Part shown: positions 25,501-36,816 of the stretch, piece after piece | How the letters are laid out: each line of letters opens with the position of its first letter | Position numbering within the stretch: position 1 is the stretch's first letter | Origin: Raillietiella orientalis | Taxonomy: Eukaryota | Assembly: GCA_036172245.1 (NCBI GenBank) | Contig: JAYWIR010000042.1 | Coordinates: forward strand, 806,001 to 870,000 | Reading direction: 5' to 3' | DNA: 64,000 nt | The notes under the pieces: model-generated | The model's database searches: none | What the model saw: the letters and a program-made list of their open reading frames with translations, nothing else | Told to the model about the DNA's origin: nothing | Made by a program: the position numbers and the translations under genes

Positions 25501-28500
25501 GCTCTTTCCTGGTACTCGGGTCGACACGTTCAGAATGTCCTTGCAGCGCCTCGTTCCTATGCGTGCACGCGCCACCGTCCACGCCTTGGCGCGGATGCAG
25601 GGGGGCGCGCACATCGCCATCACGTTCCCTTCTTCCGAGCCATCCAAGTGCATCTTGCAATCTCGTGGGATATCGCCCTCTCCCGTTTCCCTCCGTGCAA
25701 CTCGTTCTGCAGATGACTGTGGCTTCTGTGTAAGCGGAAGCCAAACTCTGCATCTCGTAGAGGTTCTCCAGAAGCTCGCAATGGTAAGCTGCTGGCGACC
25801 GTCTCCTGACTGCCTGCTCCCGGAGGTGAGACGATGGCTGTTGCCGTGGAGCCTTCAAGTTTTGCAGTAATCGCCGCCCTCAGGAATGTGTGCCAATTTT
25901 TCATCTCATGCAAACCTGACACCGCGTGGTTTCCTTGCCACTGGATGTAATGTTTTTCGTTCAAAACTGGCTGTAGGAAATGGGAGGAAAGTATCTGTCT
26001 TCGAGGATGGCAAGGATAAAAATCCGGTGAGGCGTCTTTGAGTTTTCAAGTTCTGTGACTGAGCTCCATCGTTTGTCTCTGATTCGGAAAGAGCTTCATT
26101 TTGCGAACGGGAACTTTTGTTTGAAAACAAAATATTCATTTGTGGTGATGCAATTTCGGGATTTTCCTTGTGAATTCATCGACGCCTCGCCTAGTTCTCC
26201 TAGGTGTCAGATATAGTGGACATCATGGTCGAAAATAGGTAACTGCACTCCATGCAGTCCTTGTTGCATCGCTGCATCCTGCGACTATAGAAAAGTGCAC
26301 GTAAGAAGGCGTAAGTAGCAGAAATGCTTTTGCTTGTCGAGCGCTCAGCTCTTGTGATATCGATCACGAATTTAAAGGTTTCAACCTTAATAATCCACTT
26401 TCTCCCTTTTCCTCCATGGTGCGGTCGATTGCTTCCAAGCACGAACTGATCCCTCGGTCTTTGAATGCAACTTACAAAATGAAGGATGCATAAGGAAGCT
26501 CTGTTTCTATTTTTTTTTCAATGGCCGAGATGCCTGGCCTTGTGTGACCTGGTATCTATTTCTCCTGATATTTCTTTCTTCGGTACAAGCATGGCCGCTT
26601 CACTACGCGTTGTTTCTTGGCATCCCGATTGTGGAGGATGGCGTTACCTGGCATCTGGCTCGATTTTTTTGTTGATCGGAGCAATACTTCACCCGCAGCT
26701 AGTGTTCGACTTCTGGAAGCGCTCTCTTAATGTGTCTGTCATAGAGATAAAAACTGCTTTGCTTGTCCTTTGATGTTTAAATGGTCTTGAATTCTTTTGC
26801 TCTGGAAAATTCTTCGCAGTCGTTAGACTTTGGGGATTCATCACCTGAGGACCAATGATTTTGTGTTTGACGGTCATCTTTTCTAAGGTATTCGATAGTC
26901 TTCTCATTTTATTCTCAGATTTTTTTTTCGTTTTGCTTTATTTTTTCCATTTCTCGGAAAAATGTTTTCAGCTCTGCAGCTCCTGCTTATGGGAGCTCTC
27001 TTAATCGGAACACTTCTTGTTTTTTCCATCACCTCTCCTCCCAGCAGCAGGCTCCTCCTCAAGGAAGTTTCACCTTGTTTCACGAATCTTCAGCTGAGTG
27101 CCATAAAGCAGCATGAGGAACGCGCATGAAGGACTGCCGCGATCTGTTCCAAAACCAGCTCCTCCAAGTGAAGCAAATCTTGAGCCAGTGAGACCGGAAG
27201 AAGTTATTGTGCGATGTCAGTTATCATCCTGGTCTGATTAGGGGACTACCGCGAATGGTAATCAATAGAACTAAAGCGCAAGACTCACAGGTGATGGTGG
27301 GCACAACGAAGAGGATCTTCGTGGGAACAAATCAGCGAAGGGGCACGGACGAGTAAAATTATTAGAAGAGAAAGAAATGCATTGGAATTTAACGTCGCTT
27401 CGTAGCCTCCACTTCAACGCACCCTTGGATCCCCCTTGAAAGGGTCTTCTTTGCTTCTCTTATATCGGCAGAGTCGTTATGTTGGTTCTATTGTCCTGAT
27501 GAGGAGCAAGCAGGAGAAAATCCTCCTCCTGGAGTCTCTTCTGTCTGATCGCTCAGCGAGCAACTCGTGTCAGTATGGATTTCTGCTGCTCCCAAAGTGC
27601 GAAGCAATTCGTAACGATTCCAAACTGAGTCCGGTGGAGTGTCGCCGTGGGAAACAGTAGCATTTCTCAAGTGATCCCTCGCAGATCGTCAACCAGTCCA
27701 TGTTCCGTGTAGAAGAGAGAGGGCAGCAAGGTGGTGTCCAGAAAACGAACACGGAAAAGGGAGAGGATATGTCATTCAGTGCTCTTTTAGTCTTTGATGA
27801 AGATCGACTTGAGTCCCCGAATTCGGTTGTCCTGTGGTCGTACGGAAATCAGGTCGGAGTCATCCAAACAGTTGTTACATCATCTCCATTTTATGCTCCT
27901 CTACTCTAAGAACTGAGAACTCCGAGTCGGAATAACGTCTTACATTGCAATGGTAAACAGAGGTTCAGCATCGCTCACCGATGAAACCTTTTCTCTGTGA
28001 TGAAGAATATCTACTTTTTCTGAGGATTTTAGAGAAAAGCTGAAAGACGAATTAATGAGATCTGATGCCTATGATTTTTCGCAATGAATAATAGAGATTC
28101 TGTTTGCCAATCTGTATGTTCAGGTTTTCTTATGTATGAATCGATGGGTTTCGTTACGGGATCACGTGGACTCTTAGCTGAATAGTACGATGTTTAGTAA
28201 TTGGAAGACAGCGTGGGAAGAATAAGGAACACGTGTGAGTAACGATGAAGCTTTGGTTTTCCTCATACGAAGAAGTTTGTGAAAGATGGGGTCTCCACGA
28301 GATGAGAAGGAAGAAATGATGCAATGGTGCGAAGAGCCCAGTTAATTATGTCACGAGCAGCGCCTGCTTCATTTTACTACTGGTACCTGAACATAATTTC
28401 AGATTCATTTTAGGTCTTGGACTTTAGATTTCATTTAGATCGCAGAGGTTGTATGGATCCTTGACTTCCTGCTCCAGCCAGAAGGTCCTCTTATGGTTCC

Positions 28501-29329
28501 AGTGAAATTGCCACTGGCGTAAAAAGGCGTAATCAAGGATGGTTGGATTCACTGGCAGGAAGTATGAACATGGTGTGGCTTCTCCCAATTTCTCGACCAC
28601 GGCCAACTACGATTTTGATTACTGGCGCAAACGATTGTTCCTCCGCGCTTCCGAAAAACTCTTAGATCAAGTGGAATGGAAGAGAATGTGGCAGTCGCGC
28701 AGATGGCACTGAATCCATGGAATGGTATCTTGTTGCCCGCTTTCGCGAGAGGATCACTCGAAGGTTTGCTCCTTACGGTTGGAGTGAGAAAAAAAATGAA
28801 AAATTCTCATCCCTCCAGGAATCCAAGATTGCTCGACCCCATGTATCTTCAGGCTCTCAGTTTGGGATTTGGGAGGATCACACGAACTCTGACGCCTGCA
28901 TTCAATCAGATGTCATAGAGGGATTTTTGCAGTCTCCAGATACGAAACTGAACACCGGTGAGCTTTCACTTTCAGTTTACCGAGCTGCTCTCAAGCATTT
29001 TTTTTTCCTCCCGATGACCTCCAATTCCGCTGAAATTCATTGTAATTGCAATTTGATTAGAGGTTATCTCTGAAGAGCACTTTTTGATAAACGGACAAAT
29101 AACCAGGAGGAAGTGTCAAGAAATTTCTGTGCTCTGCGAGTAATCAGAACTTGCTGAATTCGGACTGCAAACAAGAAGAGTGGATTCTCAGCCTTGGCTC
29201 TGATAAACGCATGTCCATCACGATCCCTGCTGTTGCTAAGAGGCAAAGAAATTGTCCTCTATTTAGAAATTTTTCTGAGCGTTTCAAACATGGCCCTGCT
29301 AAAAATCGAATGAGCATAAACCCTTTGGT

Positions 29330-30415
29330 TGCTCTTCAGGGCAGTCCTCTTTGTATCCCAGCAGAATTTCAAAATAAATTCTGAGCCACTCGACGTTTGG
29401 GATGCGAACTTGCTCCAGGTTTTTGTGTCATTTAGGAAATTGCGAGCTGCTCCTCAGAATAATAAGAAAGCAGAAGATATTCTGTGGAGGCTAATCGAAA
29501 ATCTCCTTTGGCGATTAACTCTTGTGGGCCTGAAAACCACAGCTGAGTTCCATACCGAGAACAGAAGGGAATGTTAGCGAATAAGAAACTGCGTTTTGGA
29601 GAGCACACTTTTCTAATTTTGAAAAGCTTCGAGATTTTCGCACTGCGGCGCCGATCCTTTCGCATCGGATGCCAATCGGTGCGAATCGGTGACTCGCAGG
29701 ACTCTTCCTGACCACTGCCTCTTCGTCTGCTGCACTTTCTGTTTTCCATAATGCCTGTGGAAGACTGTGTTCCTTTATAAACAACATTTCTTGCGTTTCC
29801 TGGAAGTGTGGTCACAATCCGGGGCGGATTCAGTGCGAGCAATGCGTATCTATGAACCTCGTCTTGTTCCAGATGATTTGGCGCGAAAGAAGCCCTACTG
29901 ATCGTGAACGGTTACTGTTAGGAACAAAAGGTGGCGAGGACTTCAGCGTGTATATCCTTCCTTGAGTCTAAAGCAACTAGTGATACGTTCTCGAAGGCCT
30001 ATTCGTTAAAAAGCCAGTGAAACGTGAAACGAGAGCTATGAGAGGACATAACTAACGAGTGTAAAATCACTGGACGCAAGAGATTCTCGTCCGAGTTCAT
30101 TGACTGAAGCCACCGATTGCTTTAATAAGAGATGGCTGCTGCAATTTTCCACATTGAGCGAGAAATTAGATGGAAAGTTTCGTGAGAGACTCCGCGATCA
30201 CGAACGAACAAATATCACGAAACTGGGAATCTTGGTCCAGACCGTTCAGCTTCATGGAGCCCCAAGGGAACAAGCACTTCTGGCTCCTCTTCAGAACAAG
30301 CGGCTTAAAACCTGGAAACAGATTCTCACTGACTAGATGCTCGGGATGCAAGCACTTGCTCCAGGGTAGGTTCTTTGGTCATTTAAAGAATTGCGAGCTG
30401 CTCCTCGGAATAATG
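29330..30415. repeat. Pair of diverged ~135-bp direct repeats (29330-29465 and 30280-30415), possibly gag remnants
   Basis: Shared gggatgc..acttgctccagg..gtcattta..aattgcgagctgctcctc.gaataat. The - strand reads EEQLAIL.MTKEPTLEQVLASRA, loosely gypsy-gag-like. Confidence 0.65.
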
Positions 30416-31581
30416 ACACGTGAAATTTTACTGGGTGGATCATCTGGAGCTGGTACAACAGAAAGAACTGATAGGCATCGGGGAACTCATCACCTTCTCA
30501 AGATTTCTTCATACGAAGTAGAGTTCCTCGGAACACTTCTTCGGTTTCAGTGACCGGGTGAATTAATTTTCACGAACACCTTCCGAATAACTTATCTGGG
30601 TCTCCATCATCTCAAAGAACACGGGAAGGAAGCACCGGAGTGAGCCATCATCGACTTGTTGGAGGGGCAAATAAAATCGTTTTCTCTAGGCATTGCAAGT
30701 GTGATGGCAAAATTCCAGTTTCCAGCTATGGACGGTGGATCGAACCCTTTTTCTGAACTACTTGCATCCTTGTCCTCTCAAGATCATTAGCACTGGAGAG
30801 TAAACTGACTATAGCTCCGACTCGTGGATGAGCACTTCATATCGGTAACAAGGGTTAGCAACTCTGCAAAGCCTTCCTCTCTGAACCCTAATTTTCAAGA
30901 ATCAGCAGTTGTTTTAGTAGATAAATAAAGCTGAAACTGAGCTGTGAGTTCCGTACGGTTCCGAAGCGCTGAAGTCTCACCATGAAAAGTCCACTCTTCG
31001 GCGATACTGTTTCCAGGATTTTTTTTTTTTTTTTTTTTTTTACTCTGTGTGCGTTTGCAGCACACGGTAATCACGTTAAGAGGGCAGAATAATTCGGCGT
31101 GCTTCGCCGCACCTAACGCGGTCAGCTTTCGTGTTTTACGTGCACATTCGACGCGTGACCTTAGCCCCAAAGACTCTCCAGCGAGCAGCCTGCCCACTTT
31201 CGTGAAACCTCCCTTATCTCGTGAGCGAGCGATTTCCAGTTTCTTAATCTGCATCTCCAAGACCGAGATCCTCTTCTCCTTAACGAGAACAAGTGGCCCG
31301 AAACGAACTTTATGACCTTGATGCCAGCGGCGGTCTTCGTTGAACGTCATAATTAAATTATACGAATGGTTGGCAGCTTCCCTCCCATGCAAACAACCAA
31401 ACCACGGTGCCTGCTTCAATCGTCTCGAGGGGAAAACTGGGATAAATAATTTCCGAAGCGACTCCCTCCAGCATCTGAGATTCCCCCCACTTAGTTCTCC
31501 GATCTCAAGGATTTTATCCAACGAATGCCGGCAGTGCGGAAGGGCCAGAAGCGATTAGAAAAAGGAGATCCCGTGACTCAC

Positions 31582-31636
31582 CGCTAGACAGAAGAAAGAG
31601 CTGCATAGCAGTGGTGAGGTACGTCAGTGTGTCCAT
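31582..31636 (-). CDS. Gene B probable exon 1 (signal peptide)
   Basis: Encodes MDTLTYLTTAMQLFLLSS and ends at a consensus G|GTGAGT phase-1 donor that fits exon 2 (...LFLLSSGYSDDSEPQF). In-frame upstream ATGs exist at 31669 and 31747. Confidence 0.65.
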
Positions 31637-32799
31637 CGTCTTGCGTCCGTCGCAGCTTCCTACAACCATCACGGCACACGAGCATGCATTCCCGGGAGCA
31701 AGGAGTTCAGTGAGTCCTTCGGGATGCAACTTGCTACTCGGAATCATGGTTTCCCTGTTTCTCTTCGCATTTTTATTTGTTTCAGGAACGGGGGGGAGGG
31801 AGGGGAGAAAAAGAGAAAAAAAAAGAAGAAGCCGTGTTTATCAGCGAAGGGCACACGCTTGCGCGCACGTTCGACACGAGTTGCCAGGATAGTACGAGAG
31901 AGGTGTGCTCCTGTGAATCTTCCTTGAATCCGCGAAATCAAGTATTCATAATCGATAATTATGAAGGTCCTTCAATTGTCCTCATCTCGGCGGTGCTGCA
32001 AGCAACCGTGGTCATGTCCTCGGAAGTCCTGAAGGATAAGCAAGTTAAAAGCGGGCGTCCCGAAAATCGAGGACATCAGCAAAACGCAAATTCAACCAGA
32101 CGGTCGGCGTGTGAGGATGAGCTGCGACACGCATATCTTGTACACGTTGCACGAGGCAGGTAGTTGAGTTGGTGTTTGCCGATCCGAGCAGCCTGTTCGA
32201 TCAGCAGGCCGTCGGCATTCGGGAATTCCTCGGTTTGCTCCGGAATCGCCGGCAGAGGGAAAGCGATGGTTTTGTGACTTCCGTTCGTGATCCGAGGGAT
32301 CCACTGCGTCCATTCCCAGGAAGCAAGGCGCTCTGCGCGAGCTAATTTAGGGAAACCTCATCAGCGTCGAAGACTGGCTGTCTCAGATCCTCATGAGCTC
32401 AAGTACGGCAGCTCCGTCCGAGAGCGGAGGATGCTGATAACGAACCCATGTGGGCTTACCGTCTGCGTGTTACCGCCAACTCGTCATGTTGAGGGTGTTT
32501 GCATTCCTCGAGCCATCACTCGTTCTTACACAGCGTGACTTCGAGGGTGTCGGAAAACCAGAAGACGAGACGGGCAGATAGGAAACAGAAATCCGCCGAA
32601 CCTTCCAGAGCTGCATGCTGAATCGCTCCATCCACTCCTAAGAAACGACAACTGATGGAATGTAGCTTCAGTTGCCCACACGCTCACTCTTAGTCCACGA
32701 ACCAAAGACTAGTCTTAAGGCTACTCAGGAGGGATTCTGGGGAATTTTTCACGGGCAGTTAGTGTTGGCTGTTGGCACCAACGCTAAATTCTTCTACAT

Positions 32800-33150
32800 T
32801 GGCAAAGTTGATTCTCTGGAGAAACTTTGTTTCTGGCATCACTTTCTCTGAGGAGCTTTACTTCCATGTTGACTACTATTCCCGTTGTAAGGCCTACGCC
32901 TGCGGTGACCACTGTGCTCTCTCCATTAGCGGTTGACCATATCGTCGTGAGTTTTTGCCCATGTGATTTACTAAATATTCTCCAGAAAGACTCCGAGAAC
33001 ACTCCTTGCTTTATCCGTGTGCTCAGCATTGCTCCATCTGAGACGGTCGTTTCGTGTAGGGCAACTAAGGTATGGAGAACAGCACTTTTCTTGAATGGTG
33101 AGGAATGCAACCGCCGAGTCCAGAGGTGCTCAGGATGCGCAGTGACCTAT
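32800..33150 (+). mobile_element. Possible LINE RT C-terminal remnant
   Basis: GITFSEELYFHVDYYSRCKA (LG..FD..L.F..H....KA-like) followed by KVW...RRVQR (VW.P...LE.VQR-like). Confidence 0.35.
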
Positions 33151-33942
33151 TTAAAAGGCTCAAAATTTGAAACTGCAATTTCACTAACCAGTCATCTACC
33201 CACACTTCGAGGATGAGAAATAGGGTAATCCAATTGTAAGTTACATTCATCCGTCACCGCAGATTGATTTTAGCAGTAACCGTAACTTAAACTCAGAATA
33301 ACTAATAGGAATTGAATTAATGACCTTCTACAGCAGAGGTGTGTTGAATGCTAATTTGGATAAGTGACTCCCGTCCTGTGTTCAGGGATGGTTTCACCAC
33401 TCGACACATGAAGCATCAATCTCCATACGTGCTGTTATAAACTTGAAAAAAGACTTCCACTTTCAAAGTGAAAATAGATAATCACGTTAGAATAAAAACA
33501 CCCACATCCTTATTTCTAGTTTCTCCTTCTGGAGTCTTCCCTACACCATCTTAGAAAGAACAATCATTCTGCATTGATGTGTTCTCATGACGAACAGGAG
33601 CCACGGCCACTTAGAAACTGAGGTCTCACATCTTAGCATCGACTCCTATCTCACATTCCATTTCAAGTTATTAAGAGAGGAGACCGCCATATCGTAAAAC
33701 GGAGCGGAAGCCATCATAGCGGTATCCTAACAGGAAAGAGCCAAGTACCCTAAGAGTTGACCCAAGCATAAATAAATGCAAGAATCGTGCATGCCTAAAC
33801 ATTCTCAAGCCATTGGGTATTCCAACTGCGGATGCAACAACTTCTACTCCCATAAATATATTTCTTCTATAAGAGCAAATGCAAATGCTGCCCTCGGGGC
33901 AACATTTACTTCTCCTATGGTATCTCCCTCTTCAGTTCCTAA

Positions 33943-36688
33943 TTCCCCTGGATTTCCCTGAGAGTTGCAGAACCACTCTTTATGGGCGTATTCTCTAAGC
34001 AGGAAAATCTGCTTGAGGCAAGCGCAACCGAACCACGTCGTGGGTGTAGCTGCCCGACCTTCCCGCAAACCCGATGGGTTGGCACGCGGCTATCCTTTCT
34101 CTCGCACGCCCTACCGCAGCCGTCCGTGACCGCCCACCTCCTCTGCAGGCACCCCAGCGCTCCGTCGGGAGCCACCGCGTCCACCTCTCCAAAGACGCTG
34201 CAAGCTTCCGGCTTCGGAGAGAACTCGCTCCGCATCCCCCCACGGGAAGATGGGCAATGAGGCGCGCACCGAATCCCGCAAGGGGTGTTAGCGTGCGCAC
34301 CGCACGGTGACTCCTCGCTTCCCGTTCTCCGCAGATGAATCCCGGGGGACGAGAGTCCCTTCAAGAGTGCACCTCGCCCTTCACTCTGGGAAGCGCAGTC
34401 CTTCACCGGGCCCGTTGGCGGCCCGTCCCCGAATCTCCCTGGGACACCCTCCCTGCATACGCCAGGCACCGGGATTTTTTCGTCCGGCTGGTACCGGAGG
34501 GATTCCCTGCGTAAATGGCGGTCCCGATGCCGGCGCTTCCAATTTTCGCGCCGTGCTGCTCCCCGGAATGCAGAATCCCAGGTCCAGGAGCGTTCAGGTT
34601 CGTGGCGAGTCACGGCGCACCTCTCCCTCCGCCCACGGCAGCAGCACTGCTTCGCCTCGGCTCCATGTTGCACCTCGTTCCGCTGATGGTCCCGCGCCAT
34701 CCACGCCGCAACCTTTCGCGGAGAAGAAGGAAAGCTCGTCCACCTCGAAGAAGAGTTCCCGCGTGAGCGCGGCTCGCGTTCCTACTTGGAGTGACGACCG
34801 CGTGCAATCCACCCTCCGAAAGAAGGCGATTCTCCGAGGTCTCCGTTTCCGGTCCCACTCTTTCCTCTCCCCCGAAGTCTGCTGCTAAGCAGCCTTCAAG
34901 GAGGACCCTCCTCGCTACCTGTTTCTCGGTATGGCAGCATCGGAGCAACGGAGGTTTGTCGCTCCGCTCCTGGGACAGCGGGAGTCCGCGCTCTTCCCTT
35001 CGTTCCCGGAAGAGTGCGCCCTCGCCGCCTCGGAACTGCTTTTTGCCGCCGCCCGACGCGCATGCTCAAGGATCCGCCCTGATCCCGCGGGGCGGTGTTT
35101 CCCCCAGCATCCCATCCGAAAGGTGGACGCGGGTGCTGGGAGCGGAGGACGAACCTCGACCCAAGCTGGACTGCGTCTTCGGCGGTATCGCCACTTTCTT
35201 CAGCCGATTCCGGATCGCTCGTGGGTAGCCAGATGCTCCCCGGATAGTTCCGGAGTTCTGGACCAGGGCAAGAGCACGGAGGAGCGCACTCGATAGAACA
35301 GCGTCGCGAAGGCCGCCGAAGGAGCACCGGCAGCCGAATCTGCAGGAAGCCGTCGACCGGGTGTGTTCTGGATAGGCATGCGGCCGTTCGCGTAGCTCGG
35401 GGGAACGACGTGAAAGGTTCGAGTTGGTGGACCCGCGGCCACGGAGCGCCAGCGGCGGTCGGCTTGGTGCGGTGGACTCGGCATGCAGCGTCACGTGGGG
35501 TGGGAGGTCCCTCACGATTCCGATGGAGCGGAAGGGACGGACAAAGGAAGCAAAGGAGACGCCGCCTCGTACCAAGATGGACTGACAGTGCGTTCAGGAC
35601 CTTCGATCGGCTGTCGGGCACGCACCCACGGGAAGAGGAGCAGCAGCCGTCGGCAGGATCGAAAAGGAAGGCGTTGCTCCCATCGCCTACGAGAAGTCCT
35701 GCTCCCGCGGAAATCTGGTGCGCACGCAGCTGCGACATGAAGGCGGATGGCTCGCGGTAGACGGAGGGTGTAACGGCGCCCAAGCAACGGCGCTGCGTGA
35801 GCACGAGTGGTCTCTCCCGCTTGCAACGGGTCAGGGCGAGGAAGCTCAGCAGGCGGCAGAAGAGTGCGTCCCTCGGGGTGACCGGCTGCTCTGGCACCGT
35901 GGCGTACGCTTCTGAATCGGCGAAGCTCCCACCTGCGGAAGAGAGAGGCATGCACCGTCGAAGGGTGCGCGTTCATCGGATTGCCTCCAGAGGGGTACTG
36001 CTCCTCAGTATTCGCCCTCGATTTGAAAATGGCACGTCCGTATCTGTCGGGCATCATCGCGACAGTCGGGATCTCGTCTGCGAGTTCGCGGGTGCGTGGA
36101 AGGGAGCAGCGGTTTCCTCGCGAATCTCTGCGTGGTGCTCGGAACCTGTCTCCTGGCAACTGGGGGGAGCGCCCGCCCGTCCGTTTCCCCTTGAGAACGT
36201 GAGTGGCGCAGTTTCAAAGGGGCTCTCGTTGGACAGACGGAGATGTTCTCGCATGTTGGTGTGCTCTCGGTGCAAGATGTCTCGGCGAAGCCGTCTGCCG
36301 CCTGCGCACAGAGACGGCGGTTGGTTTGGAGAGTTTGCGTGGGAGCCAGGAGTGGAAGGGCAGACGGCTCTACCGCCTACAGAAGTACCTAGTGCAGGGA
36401 ACGCGTGTGACGAAGCCGTGCACCGATCGCCCCTGTCAGCACGCCCGTGGAGGTGGAGGGGAAAGGGAGGAGTGATCGATAAGATTGCGCCCCTCCTTCG
36501 CAAAGCGTACGGCACTCCCGTGGTCGCGTCCCATAGTCTTCCGCGCGGGTCTACCAGGAAGTCTACCAGGAAGGGGAACGCATGTAATGGGCTCACGGGT
36601 TTCCAGGTCGCCTGGATAATGTACAAACAATCTGCCATTCTTGCCGTGAACAGTCACGTCTTCACGATAAATCCCAGAGTCATGGTAT
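33943..36688. repeat. Large inverted repeat, right arm
   Basis: Reverse complement of ~16887-19632. The core (~34005-36656) is near identical and both edges decay gradually. Confidence 0.97.
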
Positions 36689-36816
36689 CTAAAATCAATC
36701 TGATGACCCCTTACCATCACATGAAAATATACAGAGTGACACTGGGATTCATAATGGAAGTCAAATCGAAATGGCAATGGCAGCGGTCATGTTCCTTAAT
36801 TTCATGGTCGTTATGA
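36607..36816 (+). pseudogene. Degenerate DIP Ig1 exon, mirror copy of gene B exon 16761-16968
   Basis: Intact tttccAG acceptor, then VAWIMYKQSAILAVNSHVFTINPRVMVS. A frameshift near 36725 moves the homologous IQSDTGIH...FMVV into another frame. The YMC cysteine is lost, no GT donor sits at the mirrored position, and there is an in-frame TGA at 36814-36816. No downstream Ig2/Ig3 exons were found. Confidence 0.85.

Noticed and set aside
22930..25960. Overlapping 100-240 aa ORFs in GC-rich intronic patches
   Set aside because: No recognisable domains or splice logic. Such ORFs are expected in GC-rich decayed repeats.
31019..31125. Poly-T plus CAG acceptor at the mirror position of gene B exon 2 (HTVITLRGQNNSAC)
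   Set aside because: The phase is wrong and resemblance to the DIP exon is only superficial.
33943..36688. Inverted repeat as a pure assembly artefact or as TIRs of a giant transposon
   Set aside because: The arms differ by scattered substitutions, fade gradually at both ends and extend into host exon sequence. No TSD or transposase was seen. Long reads are still needed to exclude an artefact fully.
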